DNA of 24,551 bases. It comes from a virus (taxonomy: Duplodnaviria; Caudoviricetes). This document shows positions 1-9,056 of the stretch, piece by piece. The notes under the pieces are model-generated. The model was not told the DNA's origin. It saw only the letters and a list, made by a program, of their open reading frames with translations, and ran no database searches. The position numbers and the translations under genes were made by a program. Location: IMG/VR virus record IMGVR_UViG_3300040971_000027, positions 1-24,551 of that record. One strand, written 5' to 3'. How positions within the stretch are numbered: position 1 is the first letter of the stretch; each line of letters begins with the position of its first letter.

Positions 1-117
1 GTTTTTAAGTTCTGTCTTGATTTCGTTGTCTGAAAGTTCAAGGTATTTCACCCTTTCTTCCAGATCGTCAATGCTTTCAATCATTTCCTCGTGTCTATCG
101 CAACCGTAGTTTGTCAT
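1..117 (-). CDS. Partial small coiled-coil protein, possibly XhlA-like lysis accessory (3' end outside window)
   Basis: Own translation MTNYGCDRHEEMIESIDDLEERVKYLELSDNEIKTELKN...; GGGGG RBS; directly downstream of the holin. Confidence 0.55.
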   Translation of the reverse strand, partial: MTNYGCDRHEEMIESIDDLEERVKYLELSDNEIKTELKN

Positions 118-130
118 AACACAGCACCCC

Positions 131-376
131 CTAATGCGGTTCTGTATATGTCATTGCCCTCACGGAGTCTTTGATGCCCTTGGTGGTTGGATCAACCAGT
201 ATGCCAAGACCAACTAACAAATTAGCAACGATTGCTACAAACTGAAAGATGGTGTCCTCTGCCACAGGCGGTACGATGCCGAACATTCCAAGTATCTGAT
301 AAATGAACGCTATGACCGCCGTGCAGAACGCAACGACAAAAGGACGGCTTTGAAACCGCACATACCAGTTAATCAT
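131..376 (-). CDS. Holin, phiLC3 family
   Basis: MINWYVRFQSRPF start, two hydrophobic helices and the C-terminal GILVDPTTKGIKDS motif. AGGAG RBS before the ATG at 376; the track start at 478 is over-extended. Confidence 0.9.
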   Translation of the reverse strand: MINWYVRFQSRPFVVAFCTAVIAFIYQILGMFGIVPPVAEDTIFQFVAIVANLLVGLGILVDPTTKGIKDSVRAMTYTEPH

Positions 377-386
377 TTTATTTCTC

Positions 387-809
387 CTATCTTCTATTGT
401 CTTTGATGCGGAAAGTTGTGCTTCCAAACTTGTCAGAGAACGAGTCGAAGTGCATACCCCAAGAGTAGTATTCGACACCGCCGATTTTGTTGTGTTGCGA
501 ACAGATCACTTGCCACGCTATCGTAAATGCTTCATAAAGTGCTTGCGGAATGTTGTTGATGTCTGTCGCTCTGCCGTCAAGGTGCGCCGAATTGCTTGCC
601 CCTGCGATAAGGCGGTTAAAGGTTGGCGTACGATACCATGAGGATACTTCCATCGGCTTCCCGTACCAATCTCTCAACCCTTGCATCATCTGTGCGTGTT
701 CCACCACCAAAGGAGAAAGGACAAGTTTTATCTCGTCCTTTGCCACGGTGTTGGTCATTTCTTTTAGGGAGAAGTTCGGCACAATTCTCCCGTCTGTGAT
801 GTATGCCAT
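387..809 (-). CDS. Endolysin, peptidase M15 family (Zn peptidase)
   Basis: PNFSLKEM, SWYR..FN, SxH-x6-D (SAHLDGRATD) and MHFD motifs; adjacent to the holin. Confidence 0.88.
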   Translation of the reverse strand: MAYITDGRIVPNFSLKEMTNTVAKDEIKLVLSPLVVEHAQMMQGLRDWYGKPMEVSSWYRTPTFNRLIAGASNSAHLDGRATDINNIPQALYEAFTIAWQVICSQHNKIGGVEYYSWGMHFDSFSDKFGSTTFRIKDNRR

Positions 810-812
810 ATC

Positions 813-1037
813 TTATTCCTCTGGGTACAATGCTTTTGCATCTTCCATGAAAGCAACATAGTCAAATTCAAGCGGGATTGGGTACGGCTCAATCCGTTCA
901 TCAAGCACATATCTGCCGTTGGTGAGCAACATCTCAAAACAGACAAAGTTATCCTTGTCGTACATCTTGAACAGTTCCATGATCGCTTCTGCGTACTTCT
1001 CCATCAGTTGCTTTCTTACCGATTTATACTGGTTCAT
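813..1037 (-). CDS. Hypothetical protein (74 aa) in the lysis cassette
   Basis: Coupled to the upstream gene (TAATG overlap) with GGAGG RBS. Confidence 0.7.
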   Translation of the reverse strand: MNQYKSVRKQLMEKYAEAIMELFKMYDKDNFVCFEMLLTNGRYVLDERIEPYPIPLEFDYVAFMEDAKALYPEE

Positions 1038-1867
1038 TATTTGACCTCCAATCCTACTGCGGCAGGGATTGCCCTACCGTCTGTCGTGATAACGTATGCA
1101 CCGCCCATGTAAAGCGATTGCGAACCACCACCGTCGTTCCCTTGCATGAACTTTACCTTTTGATAAAGTCCTTCGTCACGCATCGCCCACAATGTCTGAT
1201 TCGTAAGCGAGAAGAACAGCAATACGGAAGTGTCGGTTACGGCGGTGCAGTTTCGCCTTGTGCGAGCGTCCATGATGGAACGTGGAAACGCATTGATTGA
1301 GATGGTGTCGGTCACATAGTTGTCTATCAGCGTGGGAGCCGAACCTTGCATATCTATCGGCTTGCCTGTAACGTTGGTGACAACGGTAGCGTAAGCACGG
1401 TCAAACGTTTTGGGATAAGCAATGCCTTCGTACCCCATGCCCCATGCTTGGACAACGCCGTTTAGTACAAGTAACTGCACGATTTTCCTGTTTGCTGTGT
1501 TGAAGAACGCACCGTTCCAAACAATGTCCGTTTTGTATTCGTCGGCGAACCGCTTGCAGGAATACGCTTGTCCGTCTTTCAGAAGCACGTTCGCCTTTGC
1601 AATCTTGGTGAACGGTATCTCGAGTGCTACGATGTTTGCGTTTCTCGTCTTACGAAAACCCATCGACTTCTGTGTGTTCATTCCCACAGAGCCGTCAACC
1701 ACAAGACCGTTTGCTTTCTGGTAACGCTTTACGGCGTCCTCAGTCTTCTCGCCAAAGTCACCATCCACGGACAGCTGCTCGGCGGCGAATTGGTTCAGCC
1801 ACGCCTGTAGGAACTTGACCTCGGTCTTGTTATTTATCCATCGGTATCGTTTACTAAGTGTTCTCAT
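1037..1867 (-). CDS. Peptidoglycan-binding domain (PG_binding_1) fused to a phosphodiester glycosidase (NAGPA-like) domain
   Basis: N-terminal VKFLQAWL..VDGDFGEKTEDAVKRYQKANGLVVDGSVG; C-terminal NGAFF, RNCTAV and NDGGGS motifs. Confidence 0.8.
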   Translation of the reverse strand: MRTLSKRYRWINNKTEVKFLQAWLNQFAAEQLSVDGDFGEKTEDAVKRYQKANGLVVDGSVGMNTQKSMGFRKTRNANIVALEIPFTKIAKANVLLKDGQAYSCKRFADEYKTDIVWNGAFFNTANRKIVQLLVLNGVVQAWGMGYEGIAYPKTFDRAYATVVTNVTGKPIDMQGSAPTLIDNYVTDTISINAFPRSIMDARTRRNCTAVTDTSVLLFFSLTNQTLWAMRDEGLYQKVKFMQGNDGGGSQSLYMGGAYVITTDGRAIPAAVGLEVK

Positions 1868-1903
1868 AGATTTCCTCCACTGGATTTGTCGAACTATTCA
1901 ACA

Positions 1904-2530
1904 CTAAATCTGTTTCCACCCTGCCGGATATCCTGTTGGACTCCATACGTTAGCATTTATTACTGATTCATAAATCTTGGTATTGAATATCACCTTATCA
2001 CCAATTTTATAAGCATCTGTCGAGCCTATCGGTTGCGCCCAGTTGGGGATAACGACCGATGGAGTTTTGTTCTTGTAAAGTGATGCTGTTGTTGATGGAA
2101 TCCAATTCGCTTGGCTTGTATGCGCTTGCACCACTTCAAACATATTGCCCTCGTGTGTCAATATATCTCCTATGACATAGGTCTTTCCTACTTCGTAATT
2201 AGGGTATACCTCTACCAATTTAAGCATCTGTTCTTTTGTCAACGTGTCTGTTCTGATTAAATCCTTTGTTGCTATTTGCCCTGCCACCGCAAGAGATTCT
2301 ACAGTTTTTGCGTATCCATCAAACTTCTCGATTAGGTTTGTGTCAATGTACGGATATACTGACAACCCTGTTTCATCTGCCTTGTAGCAATAACAAAGTA
2401 TCTTTGTATCGCTATAACCCTTAAATGGGTATTCATATGCTGTTTCATCTAGTTCAATTACAGTTAAAGATAAATCTGTAATTTCTCGCATCTGTTTAAT
2501 TTGGTATAAACTGTTTATTCCTATTCTCAT
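1904..2530 (-). CDS. Tail-associated protein with two C-terminal CBM5/12-like carbohydrate-binding modules
   Basis: Y..GD.(L/V)...G..(F/Y)E repeats, AHTSQANWIP and NVWSPTGYPAGW. AGGAG RBS before the ATG at 2530 (track start 2551). Confidence 0.75.
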   Translation of the reverse strand: MRIGINSLYQIKQMREITDLSLTVIELDETAYEYPFKGYSDTKILCYCYKADETGLSVYPYIDTNLIEKFDGYAKTVESLAVAGQIATKDLIRTDTLTKEQMLKLVEVYPNYEVGKTYVIGDILTHEGNMFEVVQAHTSQANWIPSTTASLYKNKTPSVVIPNWAQPIGSTDAYKIGDKVIFNTKIYESVINANVWSPTGYPAGWKQI

Positions 2531-2538
2531 ATTGACTC

Positions 2539-2988
2539 CTATTCTAACCATATTTTGTAAAATCTTGCGTACACTGTACCCGAACTATTGCCACAGTATA
2601 ATTTTATGTATTTCGAACTGTTTATCGAACTTATGTCTATTGATTTAGTTGACCTTGCGGCAGCAACTGTTGTGCCATAGCTTGCATCTTGTTGTTCCGT
2701 TAACTTTTCGGAACTAACCATAAATCCTGCGTAAACATTTCCGCTTCCAACCGCATCATAATCCACATATAATTTAGTAAATGGTGTTAAGTCCACTGTA
2801 GCATCTGTAACAAAATGCCCTGTTCCACCTGATACGGATATTTTTAAATCCCCTGCTTCTTTTGTTCTTGTAGTAGATAAATATGAAAACCCATTAACCC
2901 AGACAACATTTTCCGCACCTTCGGTATAAAGAGGCAATGTTAATGCACCCTTTGATTTTCCTCGTCTTGTTTTTATTGCTTCTGCCAT
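2539..2988 (-). CDS. Small tail-fibre/receptor-binding module protein (paralog of 2990-3502)
   Basis: Shares VD(L/V)T.(F/Y).KL, DIS...Y and YKIWLE motifs with its neighbour; GGAGG RBS. Confidence 0.65.
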   Translation of the reverse strand: MAEAIKTRRGKSKGALTLPLYTEGAENVVWVNGFSYLSTTRTKEAGDLKISVSGGTGHFVTDATVDLTPFTKLYVDYDAVGSGNVYAGFMVSSEKLTEQQDASYGTTVAAARSTKSIDISSINSSKYIKLYCGNSSGTVYARFYKIWLE

Positions 2989-2989
2989 T

Positions 2990-3502
2990 TTATACCTCCA
3001 GCCATATTTTATATGCGTTTATCGCACAATCTCCATTTGCAGGAGTAAAGTATGAATTTGCACAAACCCCTATATAATAAGTTCCCGACATTGCCGATAT
3101 ATCTAATGTTAATATTGCACCTGAAACTGTGGTTAATTGAGCCAACTTACAAGCACCACCACTAATTTCAGCATTATCCGTTGCCACTAAACCTAAATCT
3201 AATCTAGCAGCATTTGCAATCGTTACATTAGTTAATATCTTTAGTTTGCTGTATGCTGTTACATCAACTTTACTTTGCGTTTGATATGTTCTTTGCCAAT
3301 GGGTAAAATTTAAGTTGTTATGTGCTGTCATATATAAATTGTCAGCGTTCTTGGTTTGCGAACCCGAACCCGAACCCGTTGAGAGTGTAAACCCAGCATC
3401 CCATCCACCTGTTAAAACGTTATATTCATCGCCTAAATTATAAAGATAAACATTGGTATCAAACACAGGAGTTCCTTTTTGAAATTTAAACCCTTCGCCC
3501 AT
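2990..3502 (-). CDS. Small tail-fibre/receptor-binding module protein (paralog of 2539-2988)
   Basis: LYNLGDEYNVLTGGW, VDVTAYSKL, LDISAMSGTYY and YKIWLE; coupled to the fibre gene. Confidence 0.65.
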   Translation of the reverse strand: MGEGFKFQKGTPVFDTNVYLYNLGDEYNVLTGGWDAGFTLSTGSGSGSQTKNADNLYMTAHNNLNFTHWQRTYQTQSKVDVTAYSKLKILTNVTIANAARLDLGLVATDNAEISGGACKLAQLTTVSGAILTLDISAMSGTYYIGVCANSYFTPANGDCAINAYKIWLEV

Positions 3503-4062
3503 TATCTCACCGCCAATATCTGTAATGGAATATCAGCAGTTGGAACGGCATGAGCATAAAACGTAATTGTATTTGCCGATGTGACCATTCTGTAAATATT
3601 CGCCCAATTCGTTTCCATTGTCACGTCTGTTGCGTATGTTCCTGAAGGTACAATGTCAATTAATGGAGTGTCTGTTGCCAATATTCCCGATACCGTTACC
3701 GCTTTAGTAAATGGTGCAACCGAACCAGTCCATGAAGTATAGGGAAGGGTTGCGGTGTATAAGTTCTTTGTCGCTTTGCTGTCTTGCAAAACCTTCCCTT
3801 GCTTCGCAGACAGAGCAGAAGTCGTTGAGGTTGAGGTTAGGTTGTCTACGACGGTGACAGCATCGGGAATGGTCGGCTTGTTTAGTATCTGTGCGTCGCC
3901 ACTTGATGCGTTCCAATCTGCGTTGACGTTGACTTCTGCGCCTGCTTCGATCAAACCAAGTTTGGCATCTATCGTGTCCATGTTGGTATTGATGGAAGCA
4001 ATATCCGCAACATCTGTCAATTCGGGTTTGATGAGGTTCATATAAGTTGTATTAGTTGCCAT
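3502..4062 (-). CDS. Tail fibre protein
   Basis: N-terminal NLIKPE..D..DI..IN.NMD.ID, fibre motifs VNADWNASSGDAQILNKP and VVDNLTSTSTTSALSAKQGKVL; AGGAGG RBS. Confidence 0.8.
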   Translation of the reverse strand: MATNTTYMNLIKPELTDVADIASINTNMDTIDAKLGLIEAGAEVNVNADWNASSGDAQILNKPTIPDAVTVVDNLTSTSTTSALSAKQGKVLQDSKATKNLYTATLPYTSWTGSVAPFTKAVTVSGILATDTPLIDIVPSGTYATDVTMETNWANIYRMVTSANTITFYAHAVPTADIPLQILAVR

Positions 4063-4073
4063 AATGAACCTCC

Positions 4074-5054
4074 TTAAAATGTAGTAACGAGTCTTGGTTC
4101 AACTTTTATAGTTCCACGAACAAGGCTGTCAACATTGTTTAACGCATCTTTAATTCTGAACTCATAGCCGTAAGAACCCGACTTTGTGAAGTCTGCCGCT
4201 ACCAAATCAACCGATATGACATTGCTTGCAATCGTGCAATCCTTGTCTGCGGTAAACCCTTCCGCACGAAACTTCGCTGTCGCACCCGTAAGGTCGGCGG
4301 CTGTTCCTGTCGTGGTCAAAACGGTCAACTCTATTGTCTTGGTTTCGCCAAGCACCATGTAGATCGTGTTACCTTTTGGGTCTGCTCCCATAGTCCAAGT
4401 CACCTCCTGTATGTTTGAATTGATTACTGTTAATTGACAATCACCAACCAGGATTGATGATACGGATTGGGTTTTGTTGAGTATCGCCGTAAGCGTTGGC
4501 GGTAGTTGCTTGATTGCCTCAACCGCTTGCACCAACGAATGGATAACGGTCATTCTGATTACTTCGATAAATTCTTGAACCGCAAGTTTTGTCAAAGAAG
4601 CAGATACGCTGTTCGATGCGGATACTATCTTGCCAATGGTTCGCCTGATGGATGCTGACGATACGGTTACAGAAGCCAATGTCTTTGCTATGGATTTCGC
4701 AACCGACGAATTAGTAACACTGTGCGATAATAGTGTTCTGCTCACCGACCTTGAAACCGCCGATAACGAATTTGTTATGGCGGTAAGTCCTTTCGCTGTC
4801 AACCTTTGGATTGTCGAACCAACAGAAACGTTGGCACTAACATTCTTGCCAATCTGCCTCCGCACAGAAGATGCAACGCTTATTGTTGCAAGTAGCATCT
4901 TCTTAAACACATTACTTTTTGCAATAGATGAAGATGTCAAAACAGAACAGGAAAGTTCTTTCTGCCTTTGGCAAATGGTGATGGATTGCCAAGTGTAATT
5001 GTCAATCTCACCCCATGTATAGTTCTTGATTCCAAGCCAAGTACAGTTCGCCAT
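4074..5054 (-). CDS. Tail structural protein: Ser/Thr/Val-rich ~18-aa repeats plus C-terminal BppU-like Ig domain
   Basis: About seven K/R-started repeats. C-terminal DLTGATAKF..G.YGYEFRI..V..L.RGTI.V resembles the BppU N-terminal domain. Strong internal RBS (see findings). Confidence 0.65.
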   Translation of the reverse strand: MANCTWLGIKNYTWGEIDNYTWQSITICQRQKELSCSVLTSSSIAKSNVFKKMLLATISVASSVRRQIGKNVSANVSVGSTIQRLTAKGLTAITNSLSAVSRSVSRTLLSHSVTNSSVAKSIAKTLASVTVSSASIRRTIGKIVSASNSVSASLTKLAVQEFIEVIRMTVIHSLVQAVEAIKQLPPTLTAILNKTQSVSSILVGDCQLTVINSNIQEVTWTMGADPKGNTIYMVLGETKTIELTVLTTTGTAADLTGATAKFRAEGFTADKDCTIASNVISVDLVAADFTKSGSYGYEFRIKDALNNVDSLVRGTIKVEPRLVTTF

Positions 5055-5066
5055 TACAACACCCCA

Positions 5067-5456
5067 TTATGCTTGATCGTATTTTGACTTAATTGTGAAC
5101 TGAACCGAATCTCCATCTCCAACATTGATTGCACTAAACGTTCCATGCAGATAACACGATGCCCCAGATATGGTCGCTTGATTGAGTATGGCGACCTCTG
5201 TTATTGCCAACGTTCCACCCGCCGTTATGGTAGCAACGACTTGGTAGGTATCGTTTGCGACGGTTGTTGTTACTTGTGATTGCGTTCCTGTTTCTGCGGT
5301 TACTGTGGTTGGTGCGGCGGCCGTTTCAAGTGCCGTATCGCCAACTGCCGCTTGTGTCGCTCCCGTTCCCCATGCAACGTATTTGTACGTGGAAGCGGCA
5401 AGTGCCGCAGTAGTCAATCCCTGTCCAACATCAACAACATATACTGTATCTGCCAT
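5067..5456 (-). CDS. Virion structural protein (tail/fibre attachment)
   Basis: YVAWGTG..AA..DTALE, ITEVAIL and INV..GDSVQFT motifs common in tail-region proteins; GGAGG RBS. Confidence 0.7.
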   Translation of the reverse strand: MADTVYVVDVGQGLTTAALAASTYKYVAWGTGATQAAVGDTALETAAAPTTVTAETGTQSQVTTTVANDTYQVVATITAGGTLAITEVAILNQATISGASCYLHGTFSAINVGDGDSVQFTIKSKYDQA

Positions 5457-5605
5457 TACGATTTACCTCCCAATCTTTTCCACACTTCACGAACGATGTT
5501 ACTTTTGTTGCTTTTGGATATTACGCCAAGATTTTCTCTTGTTCCGTCTGCACGGATAATAACCGCTTCTATCTCCACGCTTGCAATGTTCTTTGATGTT
5601 TTCAT
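5456..5605 (-). CDS. Small hypothetical protein (49 aa), not in ORF track
   Basis: Own translation MKTSKNIASVEIEAVIIRADGTRENLGVISKSNKSNIVREVWKRLGGKS; GAGGT RBS; TAATG coupling to the next gene; fills the gap exactly. Confidence 0.75.
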   Translation of the reverse strand: MKTSKNIASVEIEAVIIRADGTRENLGVISKSNKSNIVREVWKRLGGKS

Positions 5606-5610
5606 GTTTG

Positions 5611-7764
5611 CTACCTCGTTAGATTCGCTACGGAAACAGGAACAGAGATCCCCTCAATAGTGAGTTCGCTTTGTTCTGTGTTTCTGATAAATAATTTGAT
5701 TCGGTTGAACTTCTTCGCCTTGACACGGAGTTTTCGTGTGCGTGGTTCGTAGTTGGTTGTCATTTGGATTCTGCCAACTTCCCGTTCGTCTGTGCTGTCC
5801 ACCGCATAAGAAACAACCGCAAGCGAGTTGCCATGCGGTTTGATTGTGAACCATGCGTAGTCCATATATTTAGAACGGTTTGGTGTACCGTAATCAAGCC
5901 AATCGGTTTCTATGTAGCCGTTGATCGCTGTGCCATTGTCGGTGAGCGAAGTATCGAATGTCATCAACTGACCGCCAGTAGTACCGATCACGATTGCACT
6001 TCCAACCTTGCAGATTGATGTGACCGTATCTGCCAAGTAGAATCTGTGCCACGTTTCAAGGTTGTGGTTCCAAACAAAAACGTTCCTGCCGATGCAAAGC
6101 CAGTATTCCTTTTCTTCCTCGTTGTCCAACGTGTGAACATTAGTAAACGTTAGCGCATCGAGTAGAGGTTGTATCTTATCGCTGACATACTTGACATACC
6201 GTTCGTCACGCATATACGGAGATGTAATTTCATAGATACTCTTTTGATAGATGAACCAGGGATTGTTTCTGATTGTCTGCCCCGTTCCAAGGAACGTGCA
6301 ACCAACATTGTCGTTGAGTGGGTACGTTGGGAATGTTACGCCAAGGCTTGTATCGTATTCGTAGGCACACCAGTAGATAGAGTGTTCTTTCATTATTACT
6401 TGTCTGTCGTACTGTGTTGTCAGTTGAGTTACATTTTCGTTATCATTCCCTATACCAATAAAGTTTAACGCTGGGAAATATTCTGCTGATGGAATCCCGT
6501 CTGCGAGTCCGCTAAAAATTGTGCGGTTACTACCACCATACAGGAATACCCTGTTGTCGTTTTTACCGCCGTACAGATTTGAATTTGTATATTTTGTGAC
6601 ATTCGTACTTCCCGTTGCAGTTGATGTATACCTGATGCAAACATTTTTAGAGCCAGTTGGTGGAACTGTTATAAATGTGATAGCACCCGTTGTCAGATTT
6701 GATGTGTACGATACATACCTGCGAAGTACAATTGATGCTGACGTACCCGAATTGACGGTTGCGTCTATGTATGCGCCGCCACGGGTAAGGGAAAGATAAA
6801 ACTCTGTATCAGAAATACGGGTGACATAGTAGTCTGTGTTAGCCGTTAGAACTGAAGCAACGTTAAAGTTAAACTGTATCTTATCCCCAGTAACGCAACC
6901 ATGCGCACCTGTGGAAGTGAATATATCGGTTATTGCAACAACACCAACGTGGGAAAGGTTTGTAGTTCCAACAATATCTGAACCACTAAATAATATGGAA
7001 TCTACACTTGTTATTCCTGTTTCTTCTAATTGAAGAACGGTTTGGCTTCCAGTTCCATCGAAATATTCTGTTTTTGAATTGTTAGTCCAATAGATTTCAA
7101 CATTATTGATTCCATTGGCGGGTATGTTGCCAGCCGTAAATGTTACAACTCCCGTAGTTAGGTTAACGGTGTAGTGAGTTGTGACGGTTTTAAGCGCACC
7201 TCCAACGTATACATAATCAATAGACGAAATATTTTGCTCACGAAGCACATAGGCGGTGGCAGAGCCATCTCCATTAAACTGCTGTCTGCGTTTATTGTTT
7301 AGAAGGTTTACACCTTCGTAGTCTGTTCCACCACCAGCAGGAAGCGTAGCAACGGCAATCAATGGGATATGTCCAGTTACGTCAGAGATAACGCCTGTGC
7401 CTGTCCACTTCTTGTATTCTGTACCGTTCTGAATGTAGACGGCATCTTTGAAGAAGAAGAAGTTTGTTGGTGCATCGGTTAATGTTCCAAGGTCTGTCAC
7501 CGTACCGTCACCGTCGTTCTGATAGATGTGACCATTAGAAGCAAAAAGGTGGTAGTAGGTTGAACCGATTTTTCCATACCATTGACCATTGATTGGCTTG
7601 GTAGTTGCTGTGTTCAAAACCGCCGTGTATCCGTTACGCTTTTCAACATCGTACCCGTCAGTAATCTTGAAGTTCTGCATATTGGCAAGTTCACCTTTTT
7701 TAAGGTCGTTGCCTGTGGCGTTGATGCCAAGGAATTTGTCGATATTCATTTGAAGATTCGCCAT
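5611..7764 (-). CDS. Podovirus nozzle / head-closure protein (P22 gp10 / tail tubular protein B-like) with inserted domains
   Basis: 717 aa, beta-propeller-like; position after the adaptor; C-terminal ETDWLDYGTPNRSK motif. Confidence 0.72.
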   Translation of the reverse strand: MANLQMNIDKFLGINATGNDLKKGELANMQNFKITDGYDVEKRNGYTAVLNTATTKPINGQWYGKIGSTYYHLFASNGHIYQNDGDGTVTDLGTLTDAPTNFFFFKDAVYIQNGTEYKKWTGTGVISDVTGHIPLIAVATLPAGGGTDYEGVNLLNNKRRQQFNGDGSATAYVLREQNISSIDYVYVGGALKTVTTHYTVNLTTGVVTFTAGNIPANGINNVEIYWTNNSKTEYFDGTGSQTVLQLEETGITSVDSILFSGSDIVGTTNLSHVGVVAITDIFTSTGAHGCVTGDKIQFNFNVASVLTANTDYYVTRISDTEFYLSLTRGGAYIDATVNSGTSASIVLRRYVSYTSNLTTGAITFITVPPTGSKNVCIRYTSTATGSTNVTKYTNSNLYGGKNDNRVFLYGGSNRTIFSGLADGIPSAEYFPALNFIGIGNDNENVTQLTTQYDRQVIMKEHSIYWCAYEYDTSLGVTFPTYPLNDNVGCTFLGTGQTIRNNPWFIYQKSIYEITSPYMRDERYVKYVSDKIQPLLDALTFTNVHTLDNEEEKEYWLCIGRNVFVWNHNLETWHRFYLADTVTSICKVGSAIVIGTTGGQLMTFDTSLTDNGTAINGYIETDWLDYGTPNRSKYMDYAWFTIKPHGNSLAVVSYAVDSTDEREVGRIQMTTNYEPRTRKLRVKAKKFNRIKLFIRNTEQSELTIEGISVPVSVANLTR

Positions 7765-7776
7765 ACCGACACCCCC

Positions 7777-8370
7777 TTAAAATCCACCGTATGCGTTGAA
7801 TACTTGCTCGAAACTTGCGGGTTTGATTCTGCTGATTAGTGCTTTCTTTTCGTCGTACTCTCTTGTTAGATATGAAGTCATTTCGCTGTTCCCTTCGGGC
7901 AGAACGAACGCTTTCGCCAAGCCGTAGGACATAGCCACTTGCGACAAGTGATCCACAACCAACGCATCTTCCAACGTTGTAATATCCGCAGGTACGGCAA
8001 AGTAGGTCAGCCGTATCGTGCCGTCAAAAGTAGTTGGAACATAAACGTTCTTGTTCTCCACCATCGTCGCTTGTCGGTAGTAGTTGTTCGGTGGGTCTAA
8101 CACAACCGCTTTCTCGATGTAGTCAACATCAGTTGGCATCGTGACGGTAGCGTATGCAATCGACGGGTCGGCGGTAGTCGCTGTCACAGCGATGTCTGCG
8201 ACCTTCTTGTACTTGCCGATTCTTGCGACTTCCTTTTGCAGTAGGTCGATTAGAAACGGCGCACGGGATTCGTAGTCGCCAGTTGTCGCTACATCTACCG
8301 TTCCTGTTTCAGAAGATATTTCGTCTATTAAGGCGATTGCCTTGTTGTAAACATCCCTTGCGGTAGCCAT
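7777..8370 (-). CDS. Head-tail adaptor (tail tubular protein A-like)
   Basis: Size, position before the nozzle, and the pattern LTYFAVP..IT...D.L.V...YGLA. Confidence 0.6.
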   Translation of the reverse strand: MATARDVYNKAIALIDEISSETGTVDVATTGDYESRAPFLIDLLQKEVARIGKYKKVADIAVTATTADPSIAYATVTMPTDVDYIEKAVVLDPPNNYYRQATMVENKNVYVPTTFDGTIRLTYFAVPADITTLEDALVVDHLSQVAMSYGLAKAFVLPEGNSEMTSYLTREYDEKKALISRIKPASFEQVFNAYGGF

Positions 8371-8371
8371 G

Positions 8372-8971
8372 TCATTTCCCCCCTATCACGTTGTAGTTGA
8401 CGGTTCCTATGTGTCCACAGCAGACCGCAGGATCAAGCCAAATATCGTAACCCTTCTCTTGCGCTTTGCGTGAGAAGAATATATCTTCGCCCATGTACGG
8501 CGAGTACACGAACCACGGTTCTTCTATGTCTTTGAATATGGAAGTCTTTGTCAGAACGCAACCGAACCCGATAGCATCTACCGACAACAGTTCACCGCTT
8601 TTGTGCTTGTCTTTGATTTCCTTGACGGTCACATCGTCGTAGGTGTCTGCTTCCTTGTCCTTGTACCGCTTGGCTACAACGTTCTTCCCGCCTAAAATCT
8701 TGTAGGCGTACACTCCGCTTACAATGTCTTTATCCCAATCCATCAGCCGGACGAGTGTGTCTTTGGGTAAAATCGTGTCTGAATCTACCCATAAGATGTA
8801 GTCGTAGCCGTGATTTAGGGCATATTCGGCTATCATGTTTCTGCTTGCGTCAATCGAATAGTTGTGTGCGACAAAGAACTCTACCTTGCCACGCTTCTTT
8901 AGGTTGTAGATGCTTTCAAAACACTCGGTTTCCACCGTCCTTGCAGACGGTATCGCAAGTAACGTTTTCAT
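8372..8971 (-). CDS. Glycosyltransferase family 2 (GT-A fold)
   Basis: SRNMIAEYAL..GYDYILWVDSD (DxD), DIVSGVY, GFGCVL, GEDIFF and D....CGH; AAGGAGG RBS. Confidence 0.88.
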   Translation of the reverse strand: MKTLLAIPSARTVETECFESIYNLKKRGKVEFFVAHNYSIDASRNMIAEYALNHGYDYILWVDSDTILPKDTLVRLMDWDKDIVSGVYAYKILGGKNVVAKRYKDKEADTYDDVTVKEIKDKHKSGELLSVDAIGFGCVLTKTSIFKDIEEPWFVYSPYMGEDIFFSRKAQEKGYDIWLDPAVCCGHIGTVNYNVIGGK

Positions 8972-9027
8972 AAATCCTCCTTGTCGCTCCTGTCAGAGTT
9001 GCACTGACATCAATCTCTTGGAACGAT

Positions 9028-9049
9028 AAAGGGGAGATTGCTCTCCCCT
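9028..9049 (-). terminator. Hairpin / weak intrinsic terminator after the capsid genes
   Basis: AGGGGAGA-GCAA-TCTCCCCT, 8-bp stem with GNRA loop, short U tract. Confidence 0.55.
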
Positions 9050-9056
9050 GTTTCCT

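Noticed and set aside
1904-3502. DGR or shufflon acting on the tail paralogs
   Set aside because: No reverse transcriptase, adenine-variant template repeat, invertase or inverted cassettes seen in the window.
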